In this document: piece by piece, positions 30,433 through 39,901 of the stretch
Layout of the letters: each line of letters begins with the position of its first letter
Position numbering within the stretch: the stretch's first letter is position 1
Origin: Dehalococcoidia bacterium
GTDB taxonomy: Bacteria > Chloroflexota > Dehalococcoidia > Bin125
Assembly (NCBI GenBank): GCA_963663235.2
Contig: CAXXNO010000004.1
Coordinates: 480,001-544,000, forward strand
Length of the DNA: 64,000 bases
Direction: 5' to 3'
Translations under genes and position numbers: made by a program
Notes under the pieces: model-generated
Databases searched by the model: none
What the model was told of the DNA's origin: nothing
What the model saw: only the letters and a program-made list of their open reading frames with translations

Positions 30433-31095
30433 ATGTATCGCGTGACGATCGTCTCGGCCGACCGGGCGCTGACGGAAAATCTGCGGCAGCCGCTGCGCGC
30501 CGCCGGCTACGACGTTGTGGTCTGGTCCGGCGCCGAGGAGGTGGAGCCGGACCCCGCCGCCGCTCCCGACATCCTGGCGCTCGACTGGCGGGACCAGGCC
30601 GCGCCGGCGCGATCGCCGTTCGCCGAGGCGTGGCCCAACGCCCTCGTTCTGGCCGTGGTGACGCCGTCGCAGCTCGCGGATCTCGACCCGGCGCAGGTGG
30701 TCGAGGATTTCATCGTGCCGCCGGTGCACCCCGAGGAGTTCGTAGCGCGGGTCCGGCAGGCGCTGTGGCGGAGTCGCGGGGCGAAGCCGCAGAACCTGCT
30801 CGTCGCGGGCGGCCTGTCGCTGGACCTCGCCAGTTATCAGGTGTCGGCGGCCGGCCGGCCGATCACCCTGACGTATAAGGAGTACGAGCTCCTGCGCTTC
30901 CTCATGACCCACGCCGGCACGGTGTTCAAGCGGGATACGCTGCTCAATCGCGTCTGGGGCTACGACTATTACGGCGGCGGGCGGACGGTGGACGTGCACA
31001 TCCGCCGTCTGCGCAGCAAGCTGCCGCCCACCTCCGCTGGGTACATCGAGACCGTGCGCAACGTCGGCTATCGGTTCGCGCAGCCGCTGCGCTAG
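30433..31095 (+). CDS. OmpR-family response regulator, GlnR-like
   Basis: LTYKEYELL.FL, VWGYDYYGG.RTVDVHIRRLRSKL, IETVRNVGYRF; degenerate receiver domain; upstream of glnA genes. Confidence 0.85.
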   Translation: MYRVTIVSADRALTENLRQPLRAAGYDVVVWSGAEEVEPDPAAAPDILALDWRDQAAPARSPFAEAWPNALVLAVVTPSQLADLDPAQVVEDFIVPPVHPEEFVARVRQALWRSRGAKPQNLLVAGGLSLDLASYQVSAAGRPITLTYKEYELLRFLMTHAGTVFKRDTLLNRVWGYDYYGGGRTVDVHIRRLRSKLPPTSAGYIETVRNVGYRFAQPLR

Positions 31096-31097
31096 CG

Positions 31098-32282
31098 ATG
31101 CCGACCCTCCCGCGCACCGTTGCGGTCGCGCTGCTGAGTACGGTGACCGCGCTCCTGCTCGCTGCCTGTGGCGGCGATGGCGACGGCGACGAGACGCGCA
31201 GCGCCGGGCTGCCCAACTCCGTCCCGCTCGACCGCGTCTTCGCGCCGGCCATCGACGGCCGCCGGATCGTCGCGGCCGAGGCCGTGCCGGCCGGCGCCGC
31301 CTTTGCCGGCTACGAGCGCGCCGATGGCAGCCCCTGGGCGCCGGACGACTTGGCCGCGGAGGTCGGCCTCCAGGAGATCTTTCGCGTGATCTACATCGAC
31401 GCCGACGCGGCCCAGGTCGTGCAGGTTGCCGTCGCTCGGCTGGACGGCGAGGCGGGAGCCGTCCGCCTCCTCGGCGTCACGCGGTCGCAGCCGTTGGACC
31501 AGGGCGAATCGGAAGTCGCCCCGCCCGCTCCCTTCGGCCAAGACGCCGCCGCCGCCACGCTGCTGGACCCGGAAGCGGGGACGGATGCGCTCTCGCTGCT
31601 GCAGGGGCTCCGCGGCGCGAACGTTGCCGTGCTTGAGGGCAACGTGGTGCTGCGCGTCACCGTGGTCGGCTCGTTCGAATCGAATCAGTCCGCTCTGGCC
31701 GCCGCCGGCGGGATCGCGGAGGTCCAGATCGGGCTGCTTGCGGACGCGCGCGCCGGGCGCCTGCAGGAGCGGGTCGGCCGCCCCTTCCCGACGCTTGAGC
31801 CGGACGCCGCCGCGGAGATCCTCGGGACGCCGCCCGAGGGGTTCCGGGCGCGGCCGGTGGAGATCGACGAGGACGGTGGCCTCTCCGTCCAGTACATCGC
31901 GCCGTTGGGGGCGTTCGTGAGCGTGACCCTGCGCCTGGCCGATGACCCCATCGAGGCGCTGGGCATCGGTCTTTTGCTCTCCCGCTCCGGGGGTGCAACC
32001 GAGATCGTCCGGCGTGGCTTTGCCGTGAGTGGCGTGGAGGTGTTGGCGCAGGACCGGCTGATCTTGTCGGCATCCATCGGCGAGAGCGCCGGCGCCGCCG
32101 TCTTCGAAGTGGAGATCGAGGGCAACCGCCTCTTCCTGGATGTCGTGCTCTTTACACGGGGCTCCGCGTTCGTCGTCGTCCAGGGCGTGGGCGAAACGCC
32201 CGGCGCCACACCCATTGAGGCGATCGCGGCGGACCTGGACCTTCGCTTGACGGCAGCGCTCTCGGCGGCCGGCGAGAGTTAA
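31098..32282 (+). CDS. Hypothetical lipoprotein
   Basis: Hydrophobic signal with LAAC lipobox followed by GGDGDGD; starts 2 nt after the regulator stop. Confidence 0.75.
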   Translation: MPTLPRTVAVALLSTVTALLLAACGGDGDGDETRSAGLPNSVPLDRVFAPAIDGRRIVAAEAVPAGAAFAGYERADGSPWAPDDLAAEVGLQEIFRVIYIDADAAQVVQVAVARLDGEAGAVRLLGVTRSQPLDQGESEVAPPAPFGQDAAAATLLDPEAGTDALSLLQGLRGANVAVLEGNVVLRVTVVGSFESNQSALAAAGGIAEVQIGLLADARAGRLQERVGRPFPTLEPDAAAEILGTPPEGFRARPVEIDEDGGLSVQYIAPLGAFVSVTLRLADDPIEALGIGLLLSRSGGATEIVRRGFAVSGVEVLAQDRLILSASIGESAGAAVFEVEIEGNRLFLDVVLFTRGSAFVVVQGVGETPGATPIEAIAADLDLRLTAALSAAGES

Positions 32283-32285
32283 TCG

Positions 32286-32333
32286 AACCGTAACAGCCGC
32301 GGCGACCGTCGGCCGGTTCCGCGTTTCTATAAT
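32286..32333 (+). promoter_or_regulatory. glnA promoter region
   Basis: Perfect TATAAT at 32328-32333 without a good -35; GTAAC half-site at 32290. Confidence 0.5.
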
Positions 32334-32396
32334 TACGCTAACGGCGGGGCCGATCCGGCCCGCCCGCCCGGACCGGCTCGCCAGTCTTGGAGGTGC

Positions 32397-33821
32397 GTGA
32401 TCACGATGGGACCCGCGGAGATTCGCAAGTTCATCGAGGACAACGGCGTCGAGATCGTCGATATCAAGTTCACCGACCTGCTGGGCACTTGGCAGCATTT
32501 CTCCGTCCTCCCCCGGGAGCTGTCCGATGACGCCTTCGAGGAGGGGATCGGGTTCGACGGCAGCAGCATTCGGGCCTTCCAGGGGATCGAGCGGTCGGAC
32601 ATGGTGCTCATCCCGGATGGCGCCACCGTGGCGTTGGATCCGTTCACCAAGCATCGCACCCTCCACGTGCTCGCCAACATCTACGATCCGGTGACCGGCG
32701 AGCGCTACGCCAAAGATCCACGGGGCCTGGCGGAGCGGGCGGAGCGCTACTTGCAGTCCACCGGGATCGCGGATTCTTCCTACTGGGGTCCCGAGTGCGA
32801 GTTCTTCATCTTCGACGACGTGCGCTACGACTCTGAGCGCCAGTCCGCGTACTACTACCTGGACTCGGTGGAGGCCGCCTGGAACACCGGCCGCGAGGAG
32901 AGCCCCAACCTGGCCTACAAGACCCTCCACAAGGAGGGCTATTTCCCGGCGCCGCCCCGCGACACGCTCCAGGACATTCGCAGCGACATGGTGCTCACCA
33001 TGGAGAAGCTGGGCATCGACGTGGAAGTCCACCACCACGAGGTCGCGTCGGCCGGGCAGTGCGAGATCGACCTGCGCTACGACACGCTGCAGGAGATGGC
33101 CGACAAGGTCATGATGTACAAGTACGTGGTCCGCAACGTGGCCCGCCGGCACGGCAAGACGGCGACGTTCATGCCCAAGCCGATCTTCGAGGACAACGGC
33201 AGCGGCATGCATGTGCATCAGTCGCTGTGGAAAGACGGCGTTCCGCTCTTCTACGACCCCGAGGGCTACGCGCTGAGTTCAGAGATGGCCCGCCATTACA
33301 TCGGCGGGCTGATCAAGCACGCCGATGCGCTCATGGCCTTCTGCGCCCCTACCACCAACAGCTACAAGCGCCTGGTGCCCGGCTACGAAGCGCCCACCGT
33401 CATGGTGTACAGCGCCCGCAACCGCAGCGCCGCCATTCGCATCCCCGTCTATTCCAAGAACCCCAAGAGCAAGCGGCTGGAGTTCCGATCCCCGGACCCC
33501 ACGGCCAATCCCTACCTGGCCTTCTCCGCCATGTTGTTGGCCGGGCTGGACGGCGTCGAGAACGAGATCGACCCCGGCGACCCGGTCGCCGACGTGGACC
33601 TCTACGAGCTGGACCTGGCGAAGGCCGGGTATCCGCAGGTCCCCAGTTCGCTGGACGAATCGCTGCGGGCGCTGGAGGCGGACCACGAGTTCCTCTTGAA
33701 GGGGGACGTGTTCTCCGAGGACCTGATCCGCACCTGGGTCACCTACAAGCGGACTGCGGAGATCGATCCCGTCCGCATGCGCCCGCATCCCCATGAGTTC
33801 GATCTCTACTTCGACGCCTAG
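32397..33821 (+). CDS. glnA: Glutamine synthetase type I (GSI-beta-like)
   Basis: FDGSSI, HHHEV, FMPKP..DNGSGMH.H, NSYKRLVPGYEAP, RNRSA.IRIP, DLYEL adenylylation-loop Tyr; RBS GGAGG. Confidence 0.97.
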   Translation: MITMGPAEIRKFIEDNGVEIVDIKFTDLLGTWQHFSVLPRELSDDAFEEGIGFDGSSIRAFQGIERSDMVLIPDGATVALDPFTKHRTLHVLANIYDPVTGERYAKDPRGLAERAERYLQSTGIADSSYWGPECEFFIFDDVRYDSERQSAYYYLDSVEAAWNTGREESPNLAYKTLHKEGYFPAPPRDTLQDIRSDMVLTMEKLGIDVEVHHHEVASAGQCEIDLRYDTLQEMADKVMMYKYVVRNVARRHGKTATFMPKPIFEDNGSGMHVHQSLWKDGVPLFYDPEGYALSSEMARHYIGGLIKHADALMAFCAPTTNSYKRLVPGYEAPTVMVYSARNRSAAIRIPVYSKNPKSKRLEFRSPDPTANPYLAFSAMLLAGLDGVENEIDPGDPVADVDLYELDLAKAGYPQVPSSLDESLRALEADHEFLLKGDVFSEDLIRTWVTYKRTAEIDPVRMRPHPHEFDLYFDA

Positions 33822-33907
33822 AGCGCCCGTCGCGACGATGAGACGACGGCCCGGGCGTTCGCGTGGGCCGGGTCCATCCCCCGCGGCGGCCGCGGAGCGC
33901 TAGAGGC

Positions 33908-35236
33908 ATGGCGTCCGAGACCACCGCCTACGTCTTGGCCACCGCGCGCGACAACGATGTCCGCTTTATCCGCCTCTGGTTCACCGACATCCTGGGCTCG
34001 CTCAAGTCCTTCGCCATCACGGTGGGCGAGCTGGAGAAGGCGCTGGAGGAGGGGATGGCCTTCGACGGCTCGTCGATCGAGGGCTTCGCCCGCACCGACG
34101 AGTCGGACATGATCGCCCGGCCCGACCCCAGCACCTTTGTGGTGCTTCCCTGGCGGCCGCAGCAGGACCGCGTGGCGCGCATGATCTGCGATATCACCAT
34201 GCCCGACGGCCGTCCCTTTGAGGGCGACCCCCGCTACGTGCTGCGCCGGACGCTGAAGCGGGCCGCGGCCATGGGCTACACGTTCTACGTGGGGCCCGAA
34301 CTGGAGTACTTCTACTTCAAGAGCGCCTCCGATCCCGAGCCGTTGGACGTGGGCGGCTACTTTGATCTGACCCCGCTGGACGTGGCCAGCGACCTGCGTC
34401 GCGAGACAGTGCTGACCCTGGAGGAGATGGGCATCGCCGTCGCGTCCAGCCACCACGAGGTGGCGCCCAGCCAGCACGAAATCGACCTGCGCTACACCGA
34501 CGCCCTGACCATGGCGGACAGCACCATGACCTACCGCCTGGTGGTCAAGGAGGTCGCGATCAAGCATGGCGTCTACGCCTCGTTCATGCCCAAGCCGCTG
34601 GCCCAGGAGAACGGCAGCGGCATGCACGTGCACCTGTCGTTGTTTGAGGGCGATACCAACGCCTTCTACGACGCCGAGGGGCCGGCCCACCTCTCGCCCG
34701 TGGCGCAGCGCTACATCGCCGGGCTGCTGCGCCACGCGCCGGAACTGACCTTGCTATGCAACCAGTGGGTGAACAGCTACAAACGGCTGCGCCCCGGCTT
34801 CGAGGCGCCGGTCTACCTCACCTGGGCGACGCGCAATCGCAGCGACCTGATCCGCATCCCGGAGTACCAGCCGGGCCGCTCGGAGGCGGTGCGGGTGGAG
34901 TATCGCGCCGCCGACCCCGCCTGCAACCCCTACCTTGCCTTCAGCGCGCTGCTGGCCACTGGGCTGCGCGGCATCCAGGACGCGTACGACCTCCCCCCCG
35001 AGGCCGACGAAGACGTCTCGTTGCTGGACGAAGAGGAGCGCAGGGCGCGCGGTATCGCGCGGCTGCCCGGAACGATGGGCGAGGCGATTGACCTCTTCGC
35101 CGCCAGCGAGGTAATGCGGGACACGCTCGGCGGCCATGTGTTCGAGAGCGTCCTGCGGAACAAGCGCCTGGAGTGGGACGAGTACCTCGCCCAGGTCACC
35201 GACTACGAGCGCGAGCGCTACCTGCCCGTCCTCTAG
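33908..35236 (+). CDS. Second glutamine synthetase family protein (GSI-alpha/GlnA2-like)
   Basis: IRLWFTDILG, FDGSSIEGF, HHEVAPSQHEI, NGSGMH, NSYKRL.PGFEAP; no adenylylation Tyr. Confidence 0.93.
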   Translation: MASETTAYVLATARDNDVRFIRLWFTDILGSLKSFAITVGELEKALEEGMAFDGSSIEGFARTDESDMIARPDPSTFVVLPWRPQQDRVARMICDITMPDGRPFEGDPRYVLRRTLKRAAAMGYTFYVGPELEYFYFKSASDPEPLDVGGYFDLTPLDVASDLRRETVLTLEEMGIAVASSHHEVAPSQHEIDLRYTDALTMADSTMTYRLVVKEVAIKHGVYASFMPKPLAQENGSGMHVHLSLFEGDTNAFYDAEGPAHLSPVAQRYIAGLLRHAPELTLLCNQWVNSYKRLRPGFEAPVYLTWATRNRSDLIRIPEYQPGRSEAVRVEYRAADPACNPYLAFSALLATGLRGIQDAYDLPPEADEDVSLLDEEERRARGIARLPGTMGEAIDLFAASEVMRDTLGGHVFESVLRNKRLEWDEYLAQVTDYERERYLPVL

Positions 35237-35508
35237 CCGTTTGGCGCGCCGGCCGCTCGTCTCAGCCGCCGCCGTCGCCACCCTCCACACGAAAGCGGGC
35301 GGCCGAGGCCGCTAACGACCACGCCGCTCAGTCGGTCTCCAGACGCCGAGGATGTGTGAGCCGGCTCACCGGGCGATAGGTATTGGGGCCTTTGCGTCGC
35401 GTATCGGGGCTGCAATAGGCTTGTCGCTGGCAAGATGCGAGGTGGTGGCGGCCGTGGCGTCGCGGCTGACGCGGACGCTCCGCCCGCCAGGAGGAGTGTA
35501 GTTCGACC

Positions 35509-36078
35509 ATGGTGACCGACCCGTTCCAATTGGACCACTTCACGATTCGCCGCAAGGTGTTCAAGCTGTTCGGGGCCAGCTTTCAAATCTACGACCCGGC
35601 CGGCTGGGTCATCGCGACCAGCAAGCAGAAGGCGTTCAAGCTCAAGGAAGACATCCGCCTCTACACGGGCGAGGAAGAGTTGATCACGATTCATGCTCGG
35701 CAGATCATCGACTTCCGGGCCGCCTACGACATTCTCGATGCCTCGACCGGGACCTTGGTCGGCGTGGCCCGCCGCAAGGGATTCACCTCGCTCCTGCGCG
35801 ACTCCTGGGAGCTTCTGGACGAGGACGGCCAGCTCCTCGCCAAGGTGCAGGAGGACAGCCAGTTCAAGGCGCTCCTGCGTCGCTTCCTCTCGAACCTCAT
35901 TCCGCAGACGTTTCACCTCAAGGGCGACGACGGTGTGCTTCACGCGACGCTTCGACAGCGCTTCAATCCGTTCGTGTACAAGCTCGACGTGACCATCGAA
36001 CAGGGAAGTCCCCTGGACCGGCGGCTGGTGTTCGCCGCTGCGATCCTGCTGGCGGCCATCGAGGGCCGGCAAGGGTGA
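35509..36078 (+). CDS. LURP-one/scramblase-like protein
   Basis: IRRKVFKL.G..F.IYD, KQKAFKLKEDI, LDRRL C-terminus; RBS AGGAGGAG. Confidence 0.7.
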   Translation: MVTDPFQLDHFTIRRKVFKLFGASFQIYDPAGWVIATSKQKAFKLKEDIRLYTGEEELITIHARQIIDFRAAYDILDASTGTLVGVARRKGFTSLLRDSWELLDEDGQLLAKVQEDSQFKALLRRFLSNLIPQTFHLKGDDGVLHATLRQRFNPFVYKLDVTIEQGSPLDRRLVFAAAILLAAIEGRQG

Positions 36079-36240
36079 GCTTGCCGGTCTGCTCCGACTG
36101 CACGCCTTTGCCCGGTCGATGCGCGCCGGGGCTGTGCGGTGCGAGGCTGTCGCGGATCGCATTCGTGACGGACTGAACGATTGGCAGTGTGCCGCCGCGC
36201 CCGCCCGTCTTGACAGGCGGGCGACAATATCGGCCGAGAC

Positions 36241-36819
36241 ATGATCAAGATTGAGACTGGCAACGAGCGCCTGATTCTTTCCGGCTTCACCGGAGCCGTT
36301 CTGGGCCTGGACTACGGGCGTGATCCTGCCCAAAGCTTAATCAGCAAGATCTACCCAACTGGAGGGGCAACACGGGAAGCGTTGATGTTTAAGCGGTACC
36401 TTCAGGGCCCTCTGGGCCTCATCGGTCGTCGCTGCGTCCGCGTGGTGGCGTACCGCTTCGAGGAAACGATCGTGCTTCACCGTCGGATGGCCTTGTTTGT
36501 TCCGGTTCGGAAACAGCGGCTTGACTTCAAGGACGTGCATCAGGTCCTGGTCGGGCCGGAGCGAGGCAAAGCGTACGGCATCGTGCGGCCCGCGCTCTTT
36601 CTCGAACTTCGCGACGGCTCGGAGCAAGTCCTCGGCTGGGCGCGTTCCACCGAGCCTCTGAAGGAGCCCGGCCGGGTGCTCGCCGACTTTATCGGCGTGC
36701 CCTTCACCGCGGGCCTCGGGCCGGGCGATTGGGAGCGAATCGAAAACGCTCGGTTGCGCGAACAGCGGCAAAGTGAGCGTATGCGCCTGCCCCCCATGGG
36801 ACCGCGCGGCCGGTTCTAG
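36241..36819 (+). CDS. Hypothetical protein (start may be 36385)
   Basis: Uninterrupted ORF with protein-like composition converging on nuoN. Confidence 0.55.
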   Translation: MIKIETGNERLILSGFTGAVLGLDYGRDPAQSLISKIYPTGGATREALMFKRYLQGPLGLIGRRCVRVVAYRFEETIVLHRRMALFVPVRKQRLDFKDVHQVLVGPERGKAYGIVRPALFLELRDGSEQVLGWARSTEPLKEPGRVLADFIGVPFTAGLGPGDWERIENARLREQRQSERMRLPPMGPRGRF

Positions 36820-38351
36820 AACCCCAGGAACAGCGGCGCCGTGGCGTTCTCGATCGCCTTGAACAGCGGCGCCGGGTAGAGCCCCACCAGGAACACCGCC
36901 GCAGTGAGCACGCTGATGGCGGTCAGCATCGGCAGCGGCACCGAGAACCGGTCGGCCGCCCCGGGCTCGGGCTCGTGCAGGTACATCTGCTTGATCACCA
37001 TCAGGTAGTAGTACAGCGACACGAACGAGGCCGTGATGCCCATCGCCGCCAGCCAGAGGAAGCCGCTGTCCACGGCTGACTGGAAGAGGATGAACTTGGT
37101 CACGAATCCCGCGAAGAGCGGCATCCCCGACAGCGAGAACAGCCCGATGGTCATCATCAGCGCCAGGAACGGCTGCCGCGACGCTAAGCCGCGCAGGTCC
37201 GAGATGTCGTCGCGGCCGGTGCGGTTGTAGAAGGCGATCAACACCGCGAAGACGGCGATGTTCGTCGCCACGTAGCCGATCAGGTGCAGCACCAGGGCGC
37301 TGGCGGCGTTGTGCGAGGCGCTCAGGGAGTCGGCGTGCAGCGCCACGATGCCGATCAGCAGGTAGCCCACCTGCGAGATGGATGAGTACGCCAGCAGGCG
37401 CTTCATGTTGGACTGCTGCAGCGCCATCAGGTTTCCCACGATCATCGTCAGCGCAGCGATCAGGGCCACCAGCCAGACCCATTCGGAGCTGGCGGGCAGC
37501 AGCCCCTCGGCGAACAGCCGCAGGAAGAGGGCGAAGGCCGCCGCCTTGCCGCCGGCGCTCAGGAAGGCCGTGATGGGCAGGGGCGCGCCCTGGTAGGCGT
37601 CGGGCGTCCACTGATGGAAGGGGACGGCGGAGACCTTGAAGCCGATCCCCGCCACCACCAACACCAGCCCCACCAGCAGGCCGGGACGGATGTCGGACGG
37701 CGTCGGCAGGGCGCTGTCCATGGCGCCGGCGCCGAAGTTGCCCAGTTGCGTGGCGATGTTGCGGCCGGCCTCCACGCCGTCGGGTTCGATGGGTCCGTAG
37801 GTCGTGGTCCCGGTGACGCCGTAGATCATGCTCAGGCCGTAGAGGAATAACGCCGAGGAGAACGCGCCCAGCAGCATGTACTTCAGCGACGCCTCGTTGG
37901 AGAACGGGTTGAGCTTGTTGAAGCCCACCAGGATGTACAGGCTGAAGGAGAGCAGCTCCAGCGCGATGTAGGCGGTGATCAGCTCCCTGGCGCTCGCCAT
38001 CAGGATCATCCCCAGCGTGGCGAAGAGGATGAGCCCGTAGTACTCGGCGTGGTTCTTCAGACGCTCCCCGGCGTACTGCATGCTGGCCACGATGGTGAAG
38101 AAGGCGATACCGAGGAAGAAGACGCGGAAGAGGACGGTGTAGTTGTCGACGGCGATGATGTTGGCGAAATCATCGTTCACGTTGATGTAGAACACCGCCG
38201 TCAGCACCAGCAGCACCAGCGTGGCCGCCGCCGCCGTGTAGCCGAGCACCTCCTGGCGCAGCCGCGGGAACAGCAGCCCCAGCGCGACGATCGCCGACGC
38301 CAGGCCGGCCAGCACGAATTCCGGAATCATCAGTTCGTATTCGAGATCCAT
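36816..38351 (-). CDS. nuoN: NADH-quinone oxidoreductase subunit N
   Basis: EASLKY.LLG, FKVSAVPFHQWTPDAYQGAP, KRLLAYSSI. Confidence 0.95.
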   Translation of the reverse strand: MDLEYELMIPEFVLAGLASAIVALGLLFPRLRQEVLGYTAAAATLVLLVLTAVFYINVNDDFANIIAVDNYTVLFRVFFLGIAFFTIVASMQYAGERLKNHAEYYGLILFATLGMILMASARELITAYIALELLSFSLYILVGFNKLNPFSNEASLKYMLLGAFSSALFLYGLSMIYGVTGTTTYGPIEPDGVEAGRNIATQLGNFGAGAMDSALPTPSDIRPGLLVGLVLVVAGIGFKVSAVPFHQWTPDAYQGAPLPITAFLSAGGKAAAFALFLRLFAEGLLPASSEWVWLVALIAALTMIVGNLMALQQSNMKRLLAYSSISQVGYLLIGIVALHADSLSASHNAASALVLHLIGYVATNIAVFAVLIAFYNRTGRDDISDLRGLASRQPFLALMMTIGLFSLSGMPLFAGFVTKFILFQSAVDSGFLWLAAMGITASFVSLYYYLMVIKQMYLHEPEPGAADRFSVPLPMLTAISVLTAAVFLVGLYPAPLFKAIENATAPLFLGF

Positions 38352-38352
38352 C

Positions 38353-39873
38353 TCAGTCGATCAATCCGGGAATGTCGTCGGTCGGTCCGCCGATCTGTTC
38401 CACCTCCGGCAGCTCGGACACCGTCGCGGAGATGCGGTCCACGAACGGCGCCGGCCAGACGCCCATGGCGACGATGCCGGCGAGCAACGTCACGGCGGCC
38501 AGCAGTTCGTACGGGCGCAGGTCGCGCAGCCCGTCCCAGCGCATGTTGAACGGCCCCAGCGCCGCGCGTCCCAGCAGACGCAGGATGTAGACGGCGGTGA
38601 TGGCGGCGGAGAGCACCCCGACGGCGGCGAACAGCGGGAAGGCGTCGAAGGCGCCCACGAAGATGTGGAACTCGGCCACGAAGCCGCTGAGCCCGGGTAA
38701 GCCAAGCGAGGCGAGCCCAGCGAGGCCAAAGAAGATCACGAACAGGGGCATCTTGTGGATGATGCCGCCGAAGGCCGTGATGTCGCGGGTGTGGGCCTGG
38801 TCGTAGAGCGCCCCGACCATGGCGAAGAAGAGGGCCGTCATCACGCCGTGACTGAACATCTGCAGCACCGCGCCGTTGACGCCGATCGTGTTCATGGTGC
38901 CCAGGCCCATCAGCACGAACCCCATGTGGCTTACCGAGGAGTACCCGATCACGAACTTGAGGTCGTTCTGGTGCAGGGCCGAGAAGGCGCCGTAAATGGC
39001 GGCGATGGCGCCCAGCACGAGCAGCGCGGGCATCCAGAAGTCCGTCCCCGCCGGCAGCAGCTCAATGCCCAGCCGGATGATCCCGAAGGCGCCCAACTTC
39101 ATCAGCACGCCTGCGTGCAGCATCGACACGGCCGTGGGCGCGGCGACGTGGCCGTCCGGCGACCATGTGTGGAAGGGCCACAAGCCCGCCAGCACGCCGC
39201 AGCCGATCATGAAGAAGGGGAAGAACGTCTTGGAGAAGCCGGAATCGAACTCCACCGCGCCGAGCACCCGCAGGTCAAAGGTCCCGGTCCCGGACTCCAG
39301 GAAGACCGCGAGGATGGCGATGAAGATCAGGACCGAGCCCCCCACCAGGTACATGGTCAGCTTGATCGCGCCGTACTCTTTGTTCGTACTGCCCCAGACC
39401 ACAATGAGCAGGTACATCGGCAGGACGGCCAGCTCGTAGAAGAAGAACCAGAAGAAGAGGTCGAGCGAGATGAAGACGCCGAACACCCCCGTGAGCAGCG
39501 TCATGAACAGCACGAAGAAATGCTTGTTGCGGAACTCGATCTTCCAGGAGACCAGCGCCGCCGTGAACGCGACAATGCCGGTCAGCAGCACCATGGGCGC
39601 GGCGATCCCGTCGATGCCGAGGAACAGGCTGATCCCGTTTTCCTTCAGGAAGGCGACGTTCTCCAGCCACACGTAGCGCAGCGCGAACTGCGTGCCCCCC
39701 TCCTGGTAGTCGTAGAGGGCGAAAATGTAGACGGATGCGCCGAACGTGGCCAACGTCGCCAGCACCGCAATGACGCGGATCACGTCGGAGCGGCTCTGCG
39801 GCGTCAGCATGATCGCGATCGCCGCGCCGGCCGGGATCAGCAACGTGATCAGAAGAAGTTCGCCGTGGTCCAC
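38353..39873 (-). CDS. nuoM: NADH-quinone oxidoreductase subunit M
   Basis: GIDG, FFFYE, PFHTWSPDGH..AP, YSSVSHMG, LPGLSGFVAE. Confidence 0.94.
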   Translation of the reverse strand: MDHGELLLITLLIPAGAAIAIMLTPQSRSDVIRVIAVLATLATFGASVYIFALYDYQEGGTQFALRYVWLENVAFLKENGISLFLGIDGIAAPMVLLTGIVAFTAALVSWKIEFRNKHFFVLFMTLLTGVFGVFISLDLFFWFFFYELAVLPMYLLIVVWGSTNKEYGAIKLTMYLVGGSVLIFIAILAVFLESGTGTFDLRVLGAVEFDSGFSKTFFPFFMIGCGVLAGLWPFHTWSPDGHVAAPTAVSMLHAGVLMKLGAFGIIRLGIELLPAGTDFWMPALLVLGAIAAIYGAFSALHQNDLKFVIGYSSVSHMGFVLMGLGTMNTIGVNGAVLQMFSHGVMTALFFAMVGALYDQAHTRDITAFGGIIHKMPLFVIFFGLAGLASLGLPGLSGFVAEFHIFVGAFDAFPLFAAVGVLSAAITAVYILRLLGRAALGPFNMRWDGLRDLRPYELLAAVTLLAGIVAMGVWPAPFVDRISATVSELPEVEQIGGPTDDIPGLID

Positions 39874-39901
39874 AGGCTCCCGCTGCTCCTTTACCGGACT
39901 C

